From IMG/VR virus record IMGVR_UViG_3300047157_000171: DNA of 64,000 bases; one strand, written 5' to 3'. Origin of the DNA: a virus. Of this stretch, positions 60,701 to 64,000 are shown in pieces; within the stretch, counting starts at the first letter, position 1, and every line of letters begins with the position of its first letter. The translations under genes were made by a program, and so were the position numbers. The notes beneath the pieces are model-generated. The model had not been told where the DNA came from. It saw only the letters and a program-made list of their open reading frames with translations, and ran no database searches.

Positions 60701-62048
60701 TACTTTATCGGGTTATTCTGAATTTAGAGATGGTGTTTACACCTTAGTTCCTTTGGCCGGAAGAACCGGTGAGATGTTAAACGACTACAGAAGAAGAAAG
60801 TTATTTGGTAAATTAATGTGTAGTGGTGTAGTTTCATATACCTTCTCTAACTCATGGTTAAATGGGGCGTTATATTTCTTTCAGTTTATGAAAAGAGGTA
60901 AAAATAGGTATTGTAAAGATTGTTTATATAGAAAAGAAGATGAAACTGGTGTTCACTACTATTATAGGTCAACGCCATTCAATCCGAACTATAGTCAAGG
61001 AGAAAATCAATATAACTACAGTAATGGAGGGAATAATTTAGGTTTAAATAGTCAATTAACTGAGGACTATATGGATAAAACTAAAGGGTTTTATGGGTCT
61101 TCTCGAGACGGGAAGCATAGAGAAATTAATTACCCAACGACTGTGATGGATTTAGGACCTAGAAATACTTGGTTAAATGAAATTTGTGCAGATAACGAAT
61201 TAGACCCTAACTGTTCAATAAGTAGAAGTATTGGTGCCACCTCATATAAAGGTGTTGATGACCTAATGGAGTATACTATACAGTCAAAAGAAATTAAAGA
61301 GAGAGGTCGATTAAGGGTTAGGGATTTATTTGATAGTAGAAAAGGTAAGATTGATGGAGATATTTCTCAGTTAATGAATTTTAACACACAAACAGGGATA
61401 TATCCGTTTGAAATCGAAGAGGAGGACTCACCATATATGTCCTTATACAATGGTATTTTTGATTCCAAAGGACCTATAGGTATTAAAATGTTCTTTTCTG
61501 AAGATGACCCTGACACTCCTGAGTTAGAACAATTAGGTGGGTTAATAAGGGCGTGTCTTAATGAACCTGGAAGGTTAGGAGATACATCACAAAGAGTTCC
61601 TTATTTTTTATGGAATACTAGAGGTCACGGTTTTGGTGAAAGAGCGGTGGGTGATGGTAGTGGTCTTAACGGATTATTTGATGACGTTGCGTTACCATTT
61701 TTTGATGAACTTGGGACTCTTTTAAGTAGGTCGGGTGAAAAACAAAGTTATTATGAGAATAAGGTTTATAATCAAAGAATACAAATGTTTAAAGCAAATC
61801 TTAATGAAGATTTAAATAATGACCCATCGGATAATGAGTACCTTAAACCTTATTTATTACCCCCAATTATTGACTGTGTTGAGGTTAATGGGGAAAAATT
61901 AAAGGCGAATGACAATTATAAAGAGTATACTGTTAATCAAAAACGAGCCCATTTAATGGAAATTGGTGTTCCGTTCCATTTTCAACTAGGGTTGAGAAAA
62001 GGTTCTACTGCGTATGATAAATTTATTGAAAATTATGGACCTAAATAA
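57703..62048 (+). CDS. very large virion structural protein (about 1440 aa) broken by indels at 58659-58662, about 59310-59480 and 60634-60638
   Basis: N-terminal prealbumin/carboxypeptidase-regulatory-like 'GVVVGRV..NGGYGVPN.RVSIF' and 'TNDSGDFMLFGVPLG'. Single-base corrections give continuous reading (…ISLDTQVDEKGVYFFRVPM…; …GKYYGKVKKRGPYW…TLSGYSEFRDG…). Confidence 0.6.
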
Positions 62049-62070
62049 TATGAAACGAAACCCGAGTCAT

Positions 62071-62721
62071 TTAATAATATATTTTCTTTATAAAGAGGAA
62101 GAAAAGTTATTATATAGGTTTTTATCCAAAATAACCCATAGTGTTATAGGAACAACAACAAATATTGATGGAATTATACAAGATATAAATAAGTTTGTTC
62201 AAAAATACGATGGTATTAAACTTAAACAAATCAACCTGACTAGTTATGGTTCTGGTTATAGGTTAGTTGAGGGGTTGACTAAAGAAGATGTTATTAAAAT
62301 CATAGACTCATTGAGTTCTGTTATCACTAAAGAGACTAAAATAATGTTTACCACTTGTTATAGTGGGTCTACCTATCGAAAACTTGTGGAATTATCAGAA
62401 CATTATAATGGTATGGATATCTATGGAATGTATAGTAATTACGGATTAACATCTAATATGACCAAGTGTAAATGTAAAGAAAAGGGGGTAAGTCAAAAAA
62501 TAATAAATGAAATACCCAAAAGTAGGTACGGGTTTGAACACGATGAGGTTATGGTGGTGAATACTATTAGAAGAGGTGAAAACGAAGTGATTGATTGGAA
62601 ACGTTGTGGGATGGCATATCAATACGACAAAACTATGAAAGAAAGGGGTATCTGTGAAGAATCTAAACAACCATATACGTTATTAAAATCAATTAGGAAT
62701 TATTTATTTAATATACAGTAA
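62071..62721 (+). CDS. hypothetical protein, possible caspase/CHAT-like fold with degenerate His
   Basis: 'INLTSYGSG' and 'IMFTTCYSG' resemble SHG / xxC dyad strands; start codon uncertain. Confidence 0.4.
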   Translation, partial: LIIYFLYKEEEKLLYRFLSKITHSVIGTTTNIDGIIQDINKFVQKYDGIKLKQINLTSYGSGYRLVEGLTKEDVIKIIDSLSSVITKETKIMFTTCYSGSTYRKLVELSEHYNGMDIYGMYSNYGLTSNMTKCKCKEKGVSQKIINEIPKSRYGFEHDEVMVVNTIRRGENEVIDWKRCGMAYQYDKTMKERGICEESKQPYTLLKSIRNYLFNIQ

Positions 62722-63968
62722 TGGAGAATAAAAAAATTATATTACCCGAGTTAAGGTTCAAAGGTTCTGAAGAGACAGATATGTCTTTAAAAGTTGAACT
62801 TGCTCAAGAAGGTAGACATATCGTTGAAGGGGATAGAACTGTAATTTTAAGTCAGTCAGAACAATACGATACTGAAAGACAGAAATCGGACAAGTATAGA
62901 TTGACGGGTATTATAAGACCCATATGGAAAAATATTACTGACTTAACAACAACCAACCTTGAGATATTACATAACTTATTTTTTGTAAACGAGAAAATTG
63001 AAGAAATCATTAATGAAACGGAGGATAACTCTCCATCTGATTTAGATTTATCTGAGTTAATAGGTCGAATACCGATGAAAGAAATGTCTTTTATTCGTGA
63101 AGACTATAATGGTGGTATCGCATCTGAAGAGTTTTTCGATATTACAGGGTATAAAAATTATTCGTGGTATAATAACGGTAATGGTTTTGGTTCTGTTTTT
63201 TCTGATAGAATCAATTGGAATTTATACCTAACCTACCCTAGTGAGAAGTTTGTACCTACTGTCGGTGATAAGATTAAATTAAACTTACCTGAACATGAAG
63301 GGACGATTGAATTTGATTTGGCTAATGGGTTACCGTTCAAGGCGACTGATAACGGTTCGTATTTTGAATTTTATACTCCACTTAAACATGGATTAAGTAA
63401 GGACGATTTTGTCGAGATTAGTGGTGTGGTTTATAGTGTTGATGTTATTGGTAATCAAAAATATCGTTCAGAAGATAGAATATTTGGGATTTATAAAGGA
63501 CAGTTTGAAGAAGGTGTCGTATTAGATGAGGGTGGTTTTAAGAGAGTGATTGAGAAAAATAATCCTGAAGAAACGACCTCAGAGTATTATATGATTAAAC
63601 ATAAGATACTTAGAACCCACGAGGCGTTTGAGGTACAAAAAAACGCATTTGAATCTTCAATTTTTGAGGACGAACGATATATACAGAAATACGGATTAAC
63701 TGATGACAATGTACCATCATACGAAGAGCAAGGTGTTGTAAGAACACAAGAAAACGGAAATACCTATATGTTCATCTTAAAGGATGAGGTAGATGTTGAT
63801 GGGTTAGTTGACCATTTAGAAAGACCATTAACAAACATTAACGTTAGTGTCTTACATAGAAACAATATGAAGATGTTCAACCAACAACAATATGGGTTTG
63901 AAAGACAATTCGGTTATGGAAACGAAGATGCGTTAACTAAGGTTGAAGAAAGTTTGTATGAGTGGTAA
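62721..63968 (+). CDS. virion structural protein (possibly continuing past a frameshift near 63958)
   Basis: 415-aa ORF coupled to the previous gene; another open frame (MSGNDKVVKDLSVG) starts at 63958 and runs off the window. Confidence 0.6.
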   Translation: MENKKIILPELRFKGSEETDMSLKVELAQEGRHIVEGDRTVILSQSEQYDTERQKSDKYRLTGIIRPIWKNITDLTTTNLEILHNLFFVNEKIEEIINETEDNSPSDLDLSELIGRIPMKEMSFIREDYNGGIASEEFFDITGYKNYSWYNNGNGFGSVFSDRINWNLYLTYPSEKFVPTVGDKIKLNLPEHEGTIEFDLANGLPFKATDNGSYFEFYTPLKHGLSKDDFVEISGVVYSVDVIGNQKYRSEDRIFGIYKGQFEEGVVLDEGGFKRVIEKNNPEETTSEYYMIKHKILRTHEAFEVQKNAFESSIFEDERYIQKYGLTDDNVPSYEEQGVVRTQENGNTYMFILKDEVDVDGLVDHLERPLTNINVSVLHRNNMKMFNQQQYGFERQFGYGNEDALTKVEESLYEW

Positions 63969-64000
63969 TGATAAGGTGGTTAAAGACTTATCGGTTGGTG

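Noticed and set aside
58655-60760. Four ORFs and a gap at 59339-59986 that might hide an intron or ncRNA
   Set aside because: The gap is coding in shifting frames (…AKMYRRAKEFQFDNIM… then …ITYPDCYDC…, open from about 59476). It looks like a low-quality consensus patch, with no intron or RNA structure evident.
81-62670. Short antisense or overlapping ORFs in the track (e.g. 81-317, 979-1170, 2014-2367, 32488-32991, 52094-52594)
   Set aside because: They lie opposite or inside longer genes with recognisable products and have the Ser/Leu/Phe-rich composition typical of shadow ORFs.
1-64000. Stop-codon reassignment (alternative genetic code), as seen in some large Bacteroidota phages
   Set aside because: Conserved genes (pol, nrdA/B, dnaB, helicase) are full length in code 11, and the breaks are frame changes rather than in-frame TAG/TGA.
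1-64000. CRISPR arrays, tRNA/rRNA genes, integrase or transposase, DGR reverse transcriptase
   Set aside because: No regularly spaced repeats, cloverleaf sequences or matching catalytic motifs were recognised by eye; very short tRNAs could have been missed without tRNAscan.
1-64000. Bacterial contractile injection system (eCIS/T6SS) or a eukaryotic giant virus
   Set aside because: Sheath, tube and baseplate genes co-occur with neck proteins, a phage sigma, gp32-like SSB, UvsX-like recombinase, PolB and Bacteroidota promoters, which fits a lytic bacteriophage.

Overview
This is a 64-kb, AT-rich, densely coding segment of a large T4-like myovirus ('jumbo'-type) genome using the standard genetic code. 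The host is most likely Bacteroidota: canonical TTTG-N19/20-TAnnTTTG promoters precede the DNA polymerase and a DUF6011 gene, start codons have A-rich leaders without Shine-Dalgarno sequences, and there are Bacteroidota-type Hc1 and DUF4494 genes. Left arm (minus strand): gp5-like spike gene (truncated by the window edge), phage sigma factor, three glycosyltransferases, Hc1-like protein, degenerate HAD and HD proteins, PhoH, dUTPase and a WYL protein. Centre: family B DNA polymerase, neck and terminator proteins, SNF2 helicase, tail sheath, tube, chaperones, tape measure and baseplate centre. Right: SSB, RecA/UvsX, 5'-3' exonuclease, DnaB, NrdB/NrdA, baseplate wedge and large virion proteins. 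Several long genes (sheath, hub, the 57.7-62.0 kb gene, the gp26-like chaperone) are split by single-base indels in homopolymers, most likely long-read consensus errors. No tRNA, rRNA, CRISPR array, intron or intein was recognised; capsid, portal, terminase and primase genes were not recognised in the window. The best leads are: (1) a candidate +1 programmed frameshift (TTT TTT CGT) fusing gp26-like and gp51-like tail chaperones; (2) late-promoter genes (WYL, HAD phosphatase, PD-(D/E)XK nuclease, basic Cys-rich protein) sharing protease-site-like I/L-x-E leaders, suggesting capsid-packaged injected cargo; (3) a stand-alone paralog of the SNF2 helicase N-terminal domain carrying a DUF6011 zinc finger; (4) a two-tier promoter system whose late motif TATTTATW is the reverse complement of the T4 late promoter; (5) a glycosyltransferase and pseudo-enzyme operon. 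All product calls come from motif recognition by eye; no database search was run.
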